From a virus (Duplodnaviria; Caudoviricetes), in the IMG/VR virus record IMGVR_UViG_3300030329_000920, positions 1-42,597 of that record: DNA of 42,597 nt. One strand, written 5' to 3'. Positions 27,522 through 35,438 of the stretch are shown here, one piece after another. The translations under genes were made by a program, and so were the position numbers. Numbering within the stretch: the first letter of the stretch is position 1; each line of letters begins with the position of its first letter. The notes below the pieces were generated by a model. That model was given only the letters and a program-made list of their open reading frames with translations. It ran no database searches and was not told the DNA's origin.

Positions 27522-29954
27522 TTAGGCGAAGAAAAATTCGCTCTTTAAAACTTCCTCAATATTGAAGTCCCCTTTTTCGGGAACTTCAGGAAGTTTGCTT
27601 TTTTGTTTGTCGCTAAGTATTGGTTTAATTGTTTCTTTAAAATCTTCTAAAGGACAACTCTTCGAATACATTTCAACAAACGACTCTCTTATTGTTTCTG
27701 AAAGAACTTGGCTGTCAGCAGCAAGTGTTCCAAAACTATCATGCACATTACAAAAATGTATAAGACCTTTATCGTAAGCATTAGATACAGTTAACATCAT
27801 GTGGGCTGAGTCTTGTGCGTGAATAAAGTTAGGCGGTAAACCATTACTCGCTTTAAGTACTGATAGTTTTTCTGTTTCAACATTTATTCTTGGTTTAATT
27901 ACTTCACCAAAAAGTTTTGTCTTAACTCTCATTGACTTAAATTCCGGGTAATCTTGAATGACAGGAAATCCTACAGGATTATACCAAACAATAGGATGAC
28001 CATTCTTAGCAAGAATACTTGCACATTTTTTTAGATAATCCATACCTTGTCTTGGTGCAGATAAAACTTCACCCATACTGTCCCATATTACTCCAGCCAT
28101 AAACGAACAAGCTTCAAAAGCTAGCTTGCCACTTCCAAATGGGTGTCCCTCTCCAGCGTCTTTTCTTTTGACTAAGTTTTCATCAACAAAGTCACTACAA
28201 GAATATCTAGTAGAGCCATAAGGACTTGTCATAATAGGACGTTTAACTGTTGAGCGTTTAACTCCATAGTCTAGCCAAAGTTTTGCAAATGGGCTGTCTG
28301 TCATTTTCTTTAGGTTTTCAATACCTTTATCTTTGACAACTGTATAAACATCTTGTGGAACATCACTGTTACTTAAATTAACAGCTTCAGCAGTTCCTTT
28401 GTGTTTTAAGATTGCTGCATAGTGTTGAATACCGTTACATGAACCGTCTTGAGAACAGATAAAACTACTTTCATATCCATAACCATGTTCTTGAAACTGC
28501 ACCCATTCATTACACCAAGCTAAGAATTGAAAAGGCTTATCAGCTTTTTCCCATTCTCTATTTCTAAATGGGTCTTCTTGCATTTCTTTAAACACATCAA
28601 AGTTTTCATTGACCCATTGCACTTGCTCGTCTCTAGTAACTTTATCAATTCCATAAAGCCCAGCCCCGGTAACTGCTAACCAATACGCCCCATTATTTTC
28701 TTCAGTAATTTTTTTACCAGTTCCAAAAAGGTGTAATGCTTTTGCAAAGTCAACTCCTTGCCCATTAAGATAATTTGTAACTTGATAACAACGTGACCTA
28801 AAATCTAATGTATGACAATGGTAGAAAATTTTATCTAAAAACATTTCTGCAATCCACATAACTTTAGCAAACAATAATCTTTTAGATTTTTGTCTAGCAT
28901 TTTCAGTATGTATAATTACAGCTTCTTGTCTGTATTTTTTTCTAGCTTCGGCATTAGTTTCAATGTCATGTGGTTTAGAAGGTAAATCTTCTAGTTCTGC
29001 TTTTGGTAAACCACCAATAGATATATTTTTATCCCATGCTTTTTTTAAAACATTAAAGATAAAGTGATTAATTTTATATGGTGTATTTTGTTGTGCATTT
29101 ACTGCCTTATAAACAATTGGCATTTTCACATCTTCTAAATTCTTTAGGTTTTTTCGATTATGATATTTTACTAATGCCAAGGGTTTTATGTGTCTTGAGT
29201 AATAGCCACCGCCTTGAGCCTTCCCCTCTTCCCACATTCTAGGTGGTACTATTGTTGGAAAGTATTCTGGGGCCAGTACCTCTAAAAAATCATTACGATT
29301 ATTAATCCACTTTATTGTTTCATCTGTAGCTAATAAAGTTCTTTCAAGGCGTTTTCTTTTAGGCAACATTTCAATCTTACATAGCCCGGTCGAAACACAC
29401 ATAAGTTCTATTAACTTGTACCCTACGTGTACCTTTTCGCCCCTAGTCCATTGAGTCCACTCAATACCATTTTTTTGTGCTGACTCTCTAAGCTTCCTTC
29501 TTTTATACTGATACCCAAATGACCTCTTATCTAGGTCAGCTTTAACAATTCCATAGTGTTCAGGATTTGACTCCTCAAATAATCGTAGTGCCGTCTCATC
29601 TTCTATTTTACTTGCAACATTAATTGCTGCACTTGTTAACTTCCGAGAAATAGTAATAGAATTAATAACTGATTTAGCAGTAACTAATGCAGCAATATTA
29701 GGCTCTATAAGACCTAAAAGCTTCCTAGCTATAGGTACTACTCCCTTTGTCTGTTCCCCCTCGTCTACATACTTTTGTATGGCGTCTGATAAAGGCTGAA
29801 TAGAATTTGCTAATAGTGTCTTTCCATAGTTAGCAAAACTTTCCTCGCCCCTTTGTTTGTGGTCAGTGACCCTTTTGTTGAAACGATTAATACCTCGTTC
29901 CCTCATGTCTTTTTCTAGTTCTAATTGTTCCCTTAAATATTCAAATGGTAACAT
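27522..29954 (-). CDS. single-subunit DNA-directed RNA polymerase (gp1-like)
   Basis: P.IVPP..W, LDFRSRCY, QDGSCNGIQHY, R.TVKRPIMT.PYG, PPNFIHAQD and VHDSFGT motifs; C-terminal FFFA. Confidence 0.98.
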   Translation of the reverse strand: MLPFEYLREQLELEKDMRERGINRFNKRVTDHKQRGEESFANYGKTLLANSIQPLSDAIQKYVDEGEQTKGVVPIARKLLGLIEPNIAALVTAKSVINSITISRKLTSAAINVASKIEDETALRLFEESNPEHYGIVKADLDKRSFGYQYKRRKLRESAQKNGIEWTQWTRGEKVHVGYKLIELMCVSTGLCKIEMLPKRKRLERTLLATDETIKWINNRNDFLEVLAPEYFPTIVPPRMWEEGKAQGGGYYSRHIKPLALVKYHNRKNLKNLEDVKMPIVYKAVNAQQNTPYKINHFIFNVLKKAWDKNISIGGLPKAELEDLPSKPHDIETNAEARKKYRQEAVIIHTENARQKSKRLLFAKVMWIAEMFLDKIFYHCHTLDFRSRCYQVTNYLNGQGVDFAKALHLFGTGKKITEENNGAYWLAVTGAGLYGIDKVTRDEQVQWVNENFDVFKEMQEDPFRNREWEKADKPFQFLAWCNEWVQFQEHGYGYESSFICSQDGSCNGIQHYAAILKHKGTAEAVNLSNSDVPQDVYTVVKDKGIENLKKMTDSPFAKLWLDYGVKRSTVKRPIMTSPYGSTRYSCSDFVDENLVKRKDAGEGHPFGSGKLAFEACSFMAGVIWDSMGEVLSAPRQGMDYLKKCASILAKNGHPIVWYNPVGFPVIQDYPEFKSMRVKTKLFGEVIKPRINVETEKLSVLKASNGLPPNFIHAQDSAHMMLTVSNAYDKGLIHFCNVHDSFGTLAADSQVLSETIRESFVEMYSKSCPLEDFKETIKPILSDKQKSKLPEVPEKGDFNIEEVLKSEFFFA

Positions 29955-29990
29955 TTATACTCCTTCTATAGAGGGCGTTAGTAACCCCCT

Positions 29991-30015
29991 TGGTTCATAT
30001 AGGGGTACTAATTAA
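29991..30015 (-). promoter_or_regulatory. phage RNA polymerase promoter upstream of the RNA polymerase gene itself
   Basis: Minus strand TTAATTAGTACCCCTATATGAACCA. Confidence 0.85.
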
Positions 30016-30292
30016 TCCATAGGTGGATTGTTCAGTACCTAAGTTTAATGTGTTTTTGGATTGCTGTTAGTTACTGTAAATCTAGGAAAAAATGCTTAAT
30101 CAATCCTATGGTGGATTGTAAAAAGAAATGGATTAGCAAACCTGTGGTTTAAGCCACTCACCCATCTCTCCTCGGTTATCATTCCCATGGTTTTATAGTA
30201 AAACTAACAACAAATCCAAAAAAATTTAATCCACTAGTGATTTTTACCCAACGGTTTTTGCATATCCGTTGGCTCTAACCCATCAGTGGATT
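30014..30292. repeat. four AAYCC-N6-GGATT-type palindromes flanking the attP core (operators or integrase arm sites)
   Basis: 30014 AATCC-ATAGGT-GGATT; 30102 AATCC-TATGGT-GGATT; 30228 AATCC-ACTAGT-GATTT; 30277 AACCC-ATCAGT-GGATT. Confidence 0.7.
30133..30171 (-). mobile_element. attP core: 5' half of tRNA-Ser(GCT)
   Basis: GGAGAGATGGGTGAGTGGCTTAAACCACAGGTTTGCTAA gives the acceptor 5' strand, D arm, anticodon stem 5' strand CAGGT and loop TTGCTAA, then the tRNA pattern stops; about 60 bp downstream of the integrase. Confidence 0.85.
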
Positions 30293-31139
30293 TCTCTAAA
30301 ACATTCACAAATTTAGATAGTGTAGTACTAAGTACTGTTGCGTATCGCTCCACCATCCTAACATCAGAATGTCCTAGCCATTGTTGAACAACTTTGTGTG
30401 GAACTTCTTTATTAAGAAGTCTGCACGCCAATGTTCGTCTAAAGCTATGAAGGGTAAATCTTTTATCCCCTTCAAGACCCATTGCTTTTCGAATTTTCCT
30501 AAACGTAGTGTCAGGTCTCCAATAAGCAAAATGTTGAAATAAGCATTCGTCAGGATTTTTATTTTCTGTAAACCGATTGACTATTTCTTGACTTCTTGAA
30601 GTTAAAGGTACGCCCCTAGGCTGATTGTTTTTTGTATCATACAAAGTTATATAACCTTCAAAACAATCTTTTACCCGGAGAGTCCTCAACTCATTTAGTC
30701 GCATTCCAGTATCTAATAAGAGAATATAAAAATCTCTATCGTCTTTGTAATGTGACCCCCAAGAATTAAGAATATTAATCATCTGTTGCTCTTCAGCTTC
30801 CGTTACATATCTTAACTCATGCTTTGGTTCTTTATACCAATTTATGAAAGGCCTTCGCTCTAATTTATATGTACTATAACGTTTTTGACAAAAAGTTATC
30901 ATTGTACTTAGAGCAGACAAGTATCTATTCTTTGTGGCGTTACTTATATTCTTTTTATTTAAGTCAGCCATCAGACCGTCTATCACCCCTTCATCAATAT
31001 CATTGATAAAAAAGTCTTCACCAAAATATTCAACAATATACTTGGCTCGTCCTACAACAACATCATCTTTGCCATTATCCCATTGCAAAGTTTTAACTTG
31101 CTTAAAGACTTGTCCAAGTTCTTTTGGATTGTGTCTCAT
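30234..31139 (-). CDS. int: tyrosine integrase
   Basis: TGMRLNE (R), TKN (K), LHSFRR (HxxR), LGHS (H), ERYA (Y); start at MRHNPK after a GGGGGTGA RBS. Confidence 0.95.
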   Translation of the reverse strand: MRHNPKELGQVFKQVKTLQWDNGKDDVVVGRAKYIVEYFGEDFFINDIDEGVIDGLMADLNKKNISNATKNRYLSALSTMITFCQKRYSTYKLERRPFINWYKEPKHELRYVTEAEEQQMINILNSWGSHYKDDRDFYILLLDTGMRLNELRTLRVKDCFEGYITLYDTKNNQPRGVPLTSRSQEIVNRFTENKNPDECLFQHFAYWRPDTTFRKIRKAMGLEGDKRFTLHSFRRTLACRLLNKEVPHKVVQQWLGHSDVRMVERYATVLSTTLSKFVNVLEKSTDGLEPTDMQKPLGKNH

Positions 31140-31179
31140 ACCTACTAATTCACCCCCTTTCAAATATGTTAAAGTATTA

Positions 31180-31503
31180 TTAAGAGATAGTCTCATACAA
31201 TCTCTTTCCTCTGTTAGTTAATTTAACTAACTTTCTTCTACGCTCAAATGGGTCTTCTTCAGCGACTAAAAAGTTTAATCCTTCTTTTTGTCTCCAAGAA
31301 TACTTTGAGAGTAAACTTACATTTCTACTAACGCTAGATTGTGCCATCGCCAATTTCTCGGCAATAACAGTCATCGGCACACCCTTATCTTTAGCGTGTA
31401 AACCTACATAAAGAAAAACTGCTATAGTTTGACTTTGTATGTCAGCGTCAAACTTCCGAAATTCCTCAATTGCATTAAAAAGTTTAATAGCACTTGTATT
31501 CAT
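31180..31503 (-). CDS. MarR-family winged-helix regulator
   Basis: IAEKLAMAQSSVSRNV helix-turn-helix and EDPFERRRKLVKLT.RG wing. Confidence 0.9.
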   Translation of the reverse strand: MNTSAIKLFNAIEEFRKFDADIQSQTIAVFLYVGLHAKDKGVPMTVIAEKLAMAQSSVSRNVSLLSKYSWRQKEGLNFLVAEEDPFERRRKLVKLTNRGKRLYETIS

Positions 31504-31581
31504 CTGTCTTTCCTCTGTTTGTTTTTTTCACCTTTATACTGCTGTAAATTAATAAACTAACAGTAACCAAGTATCGGAAGG

Positions 31582-31710
31582 TTATATAACGAATATTCGC
31601 CAATAACCAAAGTCAATAATGTATTCATTATTTTGTTTCACTATTTTAAATGAAGACCAAGTTTTCCAAGACTCGATATATATTTTAAACAATAAAATGT
31701 TAAGATACAT
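31582..31710 (-). CDS. 42-aa hypothetical protein
   Basis: Hand-translated MYLNILLFKIYIESWKTWSSFKIVKQNNEYIIDFGYWRIFVI; AGGAG RBS. Confidence 0.65.
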   Translation of the reverse strand: MYLNILLFKIYIESWKTWSSFKIVKQNNEYIIDFGYWRIFVI

Positions 31711-31719
31711 TAAGACTCC

Positions 31720-31818
31720 TTATTTTTTTGGTGGTTCTGGTTTTGTACTATATAAAATATTTAATGGTAATCTAGGTTTCCAAGTTTTAGATTTCCTAAC
31801 TTTTTTATATTTTTTCAT
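31720..31818 (-). CDS. 32-aa basic micro-protein
   Basis: Hand-translated MKKYKKVRKSKTWKPRLPLNILYSTKPEPPKK; GAGGGGGGGTG RBS. Confidence 0.55.
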   Translation of the reverse strand: MKKYKKVRKSKTWKPRLPLNILYSTKPEPPKK

Positions 31819-31863
31819 AATTTATAAATTCACCCCCCCTCACATAATTATGTGTTAATTTGA

Positions 31864-32109
31864 TTAATTATTAATAACTTTTAAATATTCTTTTTCATTA
31901 TTATAAATAACACCACCTCTTGAAAGATATTTTCCCTCTTTTTCTGCAATAGCCCAAGAAATAGCTTTTTCTTCTCTTTCTTCGTCTGTTTCTGCATTTG
32001 GAAAATAAAGCTCACCTCTTTCAATAGGATATTTTTTATTATCTATAATAATTTTAAAGCCAGAACCTGCCCAATAACTATGTTGGTCAATTTTAATATT
32101 ATATTTCAT
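31864..32109 (-). CDS. early hypothetical protein
   Basis: 81 aa from MKYNIK; shares the AATGAAAGTGAGAAAYATG leader with the next gene. Confidence 0.65.
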   Translation of the reverse strand: MKYNIKIDQHSYWAGSGFKIIIDNKKYPIERGELYFPNAETDEEREEKAISWAIAEKEGKYLSRGGVIYNNEKEYLKVINN

Positions 32110-32293
32110 GTTTCTCACTTTCATTTACTGATTTATTATGTGAAACAAAATACCCTTTTCTCTTTTTATCGTAATAAATTAAAGGTATTGTTTTTAAATA
32201 TTGATTATATTCTTTTTTATTCATTTTAACTTTTTTATCTAAAATTAAAACTTGATTATCAATTAAAATAGGTTGTTTAACTGTTTTATACAT
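32099..32293 (-). CDS. early hypothetical protein
   Basis: 64 aa from MYKTVK; same leader as the 32109 start. Confidence 0.6.
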   Translation of the reverse strand: MYKTVKQPILIDNQVLILDKKVKMNKKEYNQYLKTIPLIYYDKKRKGYFVSHNKSVNESEKHEI

Positions 32294-32478
32294 ATTTCTC
32301 ACTTTCATTATTGTTATAATGTTTGTATATTTTGTCGCATAAAATACGCCCCTCGTAAATATGCGAATTTGCATTAATCCCGGGAATGAGTGGATAATCT
32401 CGCCCCTCGCCCCTTCAAAACTGTCTCATAATTGAGCATACAAGAGGTTTAAGAGGGCCAGTCGACCCTCAGTACCCC

Positions 32479-32670
32479 CTAAAAATTAGGTATTATTGTT
32501 TCGCCCCTATCTAATAATTCTTTAAGATTGTCTGCAATTGTTTTAAAATTCTCAGCTTCAATCTCATTACCATACCATTCATGGTCATATTGCAATTGCC
32601 TAGCCTTTTTATATTCGACTAGGCAATCACTTAATCTATCGTCTTTAATGCTCGTGCTCAGATAATTCAA
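32479..32670 (-). CDS. early hypothetical protein
   Basis: Y..EW.G....G...IPNF ending; TTG start uncertain. Confidence 0.55.
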   Translation of the reverse strand: MNYLSTSIKDDRLSDCLVEYKKARQLQYDHEWYGNEIEAENFKTIADNLKELLDRGETIIPNF

Positions 32671-32857
32671 CGGTCACTTTTACATTATGTAAATGATGAC
32701 CTTCTTCTAAGCCCTCAATAATACCTTCTAATTTTTTCCAATGTATAGAATTAGAAGAATTAACTTCACCACATTGAACTATTTCAGATTTCTTTTTCTT
32801 TTCGTTCCACTCATGGTCAAAAAGTTTAATTTTATAAGTATCAATATATACACTCAT
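32645..32857 (-). CDS. early hypothetical protein
   Basis: 70 aa; GGAAGGAAAACTATG leader; ATGA overlap. Confidence 0.65.
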   Translation of the reverse strand: MSVYIDTYKIKLFDHEWNEKKKKSEIVQCGEVNSSNSIHWKKLEGIIEGLEEGHHLHNVKVTVELSEHEH

Positions 32858-33177
32858 AGTTTTCCTTCCGTAGTAGTTTTTAAAACATCTTCAATTTTCC
32901 AAAACATTCGTTTTAGTTCGATGTTTTCATTTTGCAATTTCTTGTCCTCTTTTATATCCATATAGATGACAAAACTGTCAGCTTTTTCTTTAGATATAGA
33001 ATGATACCAAGAACCCCTTCCCCTATACCTTCTTGTATAGGAGAAATCTTTATTTAAGTATTTTTTGAAAAGGGACATAAACAATTGTCCCTCATCATCA
33101 TTAGGCACACCATAAAAAATATAACCACCACGTTTGCCATTATTATTTTTCAATAAGCGTTTTTGAAATTCATTCAT
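32854..33177 (-). CDS. early hypothetical protein
   Basis: 107 aa; KKYLN...Y..RYRG motif; AGGAG RBS; ATGA overlap. Confidence 0.65.
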   Translation of the reverse strand: MNEFQKRLLKNNNGKRGGYIFYGVPNDDEGQLFMSLFKKYLNKDFSYTRRYRGRGSWYHSISKEKADSFVIYMDIKEDKKLQNENIELKRMFWKIEDVLKTTTEGKL

Positions 33178-34163
33178 AGGGCAACTCCTTCAAAGATATG
33201 TTTAATAACGTCAACAGTCCAACCATTGCCAATCATTTTATATCTTTGTGAATTGCTTACGCCTTCGGTGTAGTTATCATCAACTGTTTGCAATCTCTCA
33301 CATTCAAGTGGTGTTAACTTACGCCAATCGCTACGCTCTAAACCATACTCTTTAGGATTAAAATTAGTAGCAACTTTAGGCTCTCTATTTCCACCACCCA
33401 TTGTATTTAAAGTAGGTGCTTTTCCTTCCTCAGAATAAACACGCTTTAAACAATCATGTCCGTTGATGTCTTTAGCAATACCAACTTGAACCAAACCGTT
33501 TTTACTAGCCCTAACTTTTTTTACAAAGTCTAAACCTTTTTCAGTAGTAACGATTTGTCTTCTAGCTTTTTTTACATACTGTAACGGATTAATACCGTGA
33601 CTATAATTAGCGTCTATACAATATGATTTGTCCCTATCAACAAAGCCATACTCAAGAATATCTTTAAGCATAATTCCTTTGTCACTTGGAACAGTTACAT
33701 TTGGAATATTAGTCCAATATAACCTTCGTCTATGTTGAGCCGATACAAGACTAGAATTAATCTCAATTGGTTCAACACCTAAATGATGTGAAATAACATC
33801 TTGCCATTCCTTTTTCATTTTAACATTTTCAAGAAGGAAATATTGTGGTTTTAATTCTTGAACTAATTTTACAAATTCAAAGAATAGTTTTCCTCTTGGG
33901 TCTTCAAAGTTTAGTTTAGTCATAGACGCATTGCTAAATGATTGACAAGGAGAACCCCCTATAATCATGTCAATACGGTCTAATTTGGATATGTCTATTT
34001 TAGTCACGTCCCCTAAATGAATAGTATTTGGAAAGTTTTTCTTAGCAATAGAAATTGCATACTTATCAATTTCACTTGCGTAATACTTATCAACTTTAAT
34101 ACCACTTCTTTTAAGTGCTAACTGACCACAAGACATACCATCAAATAATGACAGTACATTCAT
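33174..34163 (-). CDS. DNA cytosine-5 methyltransferase
   Basis: VLSLFDGMSCG (motif I), GGSPCQSFS (catalytic PC), LLENV, Q.R.RLYW, RKLTPLECERLQ and YKMIGNGW motifs. Confidence 0.95.
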   Translation of the reverse strand: MNVLSLFDGMSCGQLALKRSGIKVDKYYASEIDKYAISIAKKNFPNTIHLGDVTKIDISKLDRIDMIIGGSPCQSFSNASMTKLNFEDPRGKLFFEFVKLVQELKPQYFLLENVKMKKEWQDVISHHLGVEPIEINSSLVSAQHRRRLYWTNIPNVTVPSDKGIMLKDILEYGFVDRDKSYCIDANYSHGINPLQYVKKARRQIVTTEKGLDFVKKVRASKNGLVQVGIAKDINGHDCLKRVYSEEGKAPTLNTMGGGNREPKVATNFNPKEYGLERSDWRKLTPLECERLQTVDDNYTEGVSNSQRYKMIGNGWTVDVIKHIFEGVAL

Positions 34164-34228
34164 AGTTTACCCTTCCGTATTTGAGAAAAGCAATCGCCCC
34201 TTGCAATCGCCCCTCGCCCCTTCACAAT

Positions 34229-34257
34229 AAAAAAAGGAGCGAAAAGTTTTCGCCCCT
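34229..34257 (-). terminator. intrinsic terminator upstream of the methyltransferase
   Basis: Minus strand GGGGCGAAA-ACT-TTTCGCTCC followed by TTTTTTT. Confidence 0.75.
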
Positions 34258-34381
34258 CGCCCCTTAGTACTATGCAAGGAATTAAGTCTTTTTCAAAACT
34301 TAACCAATAAACAATATTAAATAAAAATATTATTTAGTTTTTGTTTATTGTTTAAGCCTTCAAATAGTTTTTTTATGATTG

Positions 34382-34645
34382 TTAATTATCGTCTAAAATA
34401 ATATTTTTAATATCATCTAGTTTATTTTGTAATATTGTAGCATTTTTTAATTCTAAATTTCTTTTTATAACGCTTTCATTTTTAAAATATTTTAAATTGC
34501 TACGAATATAATGCACTAAATCTATATCTCCATAATTGACAAAACCAAGACTAGAACTTTCATAATCTTCATTTAAAAAATCTATAACATCACAAGGAAT
34601 AGTTTTATCATCATAAAGTAATTTTATTAATTTTCTTAATTTCAT
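34382..34645 (-). CDS. early hypothetical protein
   Basis: 87 aa; IP.D........Y.S.S....YGD.DLVH.IRS pattern; GAGAGG RBS. Confidence 0.65.
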   Translation of the reverse strand: MKLRKLIKLLYDDKTIPCDVIDFLNEDYESSSLGFVNYGDIDLVHYIRSNLKYFKNESVIKRNLELKNATILQNKLDDIKNIILDDN

Positions 34646-34669
34646 AGTTTAAACCTCTCATTAGTTTTT

Positions 34670-35383
34670 TTAATTAGTGTCCAAAACAAATCCGCTATAA
34701 TCTGTTTTAGCTTTTCCTTTTGCAATCAAACCACAAATAGAGTTTTTAATATCTTTAAATCTTAGGTCGCTTTCATCAGCATTTAAAACATTAAACCCTT
34801 TAAAAGTTTTGGGTAAGTATTTTCTAAATACAGCCGATATATTGCCCCCTAATTTTAAAATATTAAAAGCTTCAATTCTGTTATCCTCATTTAATGAATA
34901 CGTAAGATAATAATTTGAAGGTAGTTGACCATTAACAAATTTTAACGCCCTTTTATAAATTTTTGTATAATCATAAAATTGAACTGTTGGAAATTGTTGA
35001 ATGATATTATAGTTTTCCCACGCTATATCAGACGTACCATTTAAACGAATACAAGGAATTAAATTTTTACTTTCAGCGTTTTTAATAAATAGTTTTATTT
35101 CTTTTATTAACTGATTTAAAAAACTTTCACGCTCTTGAATGAACCAACGTGTTTTGTTAATTCTACCCAATTGCACATTACTGAATGCACCGTGGCCGGC
35201 CGTATTCAAACAAGCTTTTTTACAGCCATTACTTGCCATAGGACAAACATTAAAACCGCTAAGATTTGAAGGTGCTAAATATAAAATAGCGGTCATATAA
35301 CCGTATTTTTGACCTTTTACAGTCTTAGCGTTTTTATCAATGTTTAAAAGTTTTTTAGACTTTGTAAAATTTAATTTTTTCAT
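34670..35383 (-). CDS. GP88-like protein (radical-SAM-like Cys motif)
   Basis: CPMASNGCKKAC, IRLNGTSD, FYDYTK, SDLRF and GL.AKG motifs; start at MKKLNF after a GGAAGGGTGA RBS. Confidence 0.7.
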   Translation of the reverse strand: MKKLNFTKSKKLLNIDKNAKTVKGQKYGYMTAILYLAPSNLSGFNVCPMASNGCKKACLNTAGHGAFSNVQLGRINKTRWFIQERESFLNQLIKEIKLFIKNAESKNLIPCIRLNGTSDIAWENYNIIQQFPTVQFYDYTKIYKRALKFVNGQLPSNYYLTYSLNEDNRIEAFNILKLGGNISAVFRKYLPKTFKGFNVLNADESDLRFKDIKNSICGLIAKGKAKTDYSGFVLDTN

Positions 35384-35438
35384 AGTTTCACCCTTCCATA
35401 GTTTTAAAAAAACCATTGAAGGCTTAAACAATAAACAA

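Noticed and set aside
30100-30171. Complete tRNA-Ser gene
   Set aside because: The sequence after the anticodon loop (TCCAT) does not pair with CAGGT, and there is no T arm or 3' acceptor strand; treated as the attP core.
32312-32320. Plus-strand extended -10 element TGTTATAAT (antisense promoter)
   Set aside because: Likely by chance in very AT-rich DNA, with no supporting -35 element or downstream gene.
34194-34264. CRISPR-like mini-array from the TCGCCCCT repeats
   Set aside because: Repeats are too short and irregularly spaced, and there are no cas genes.
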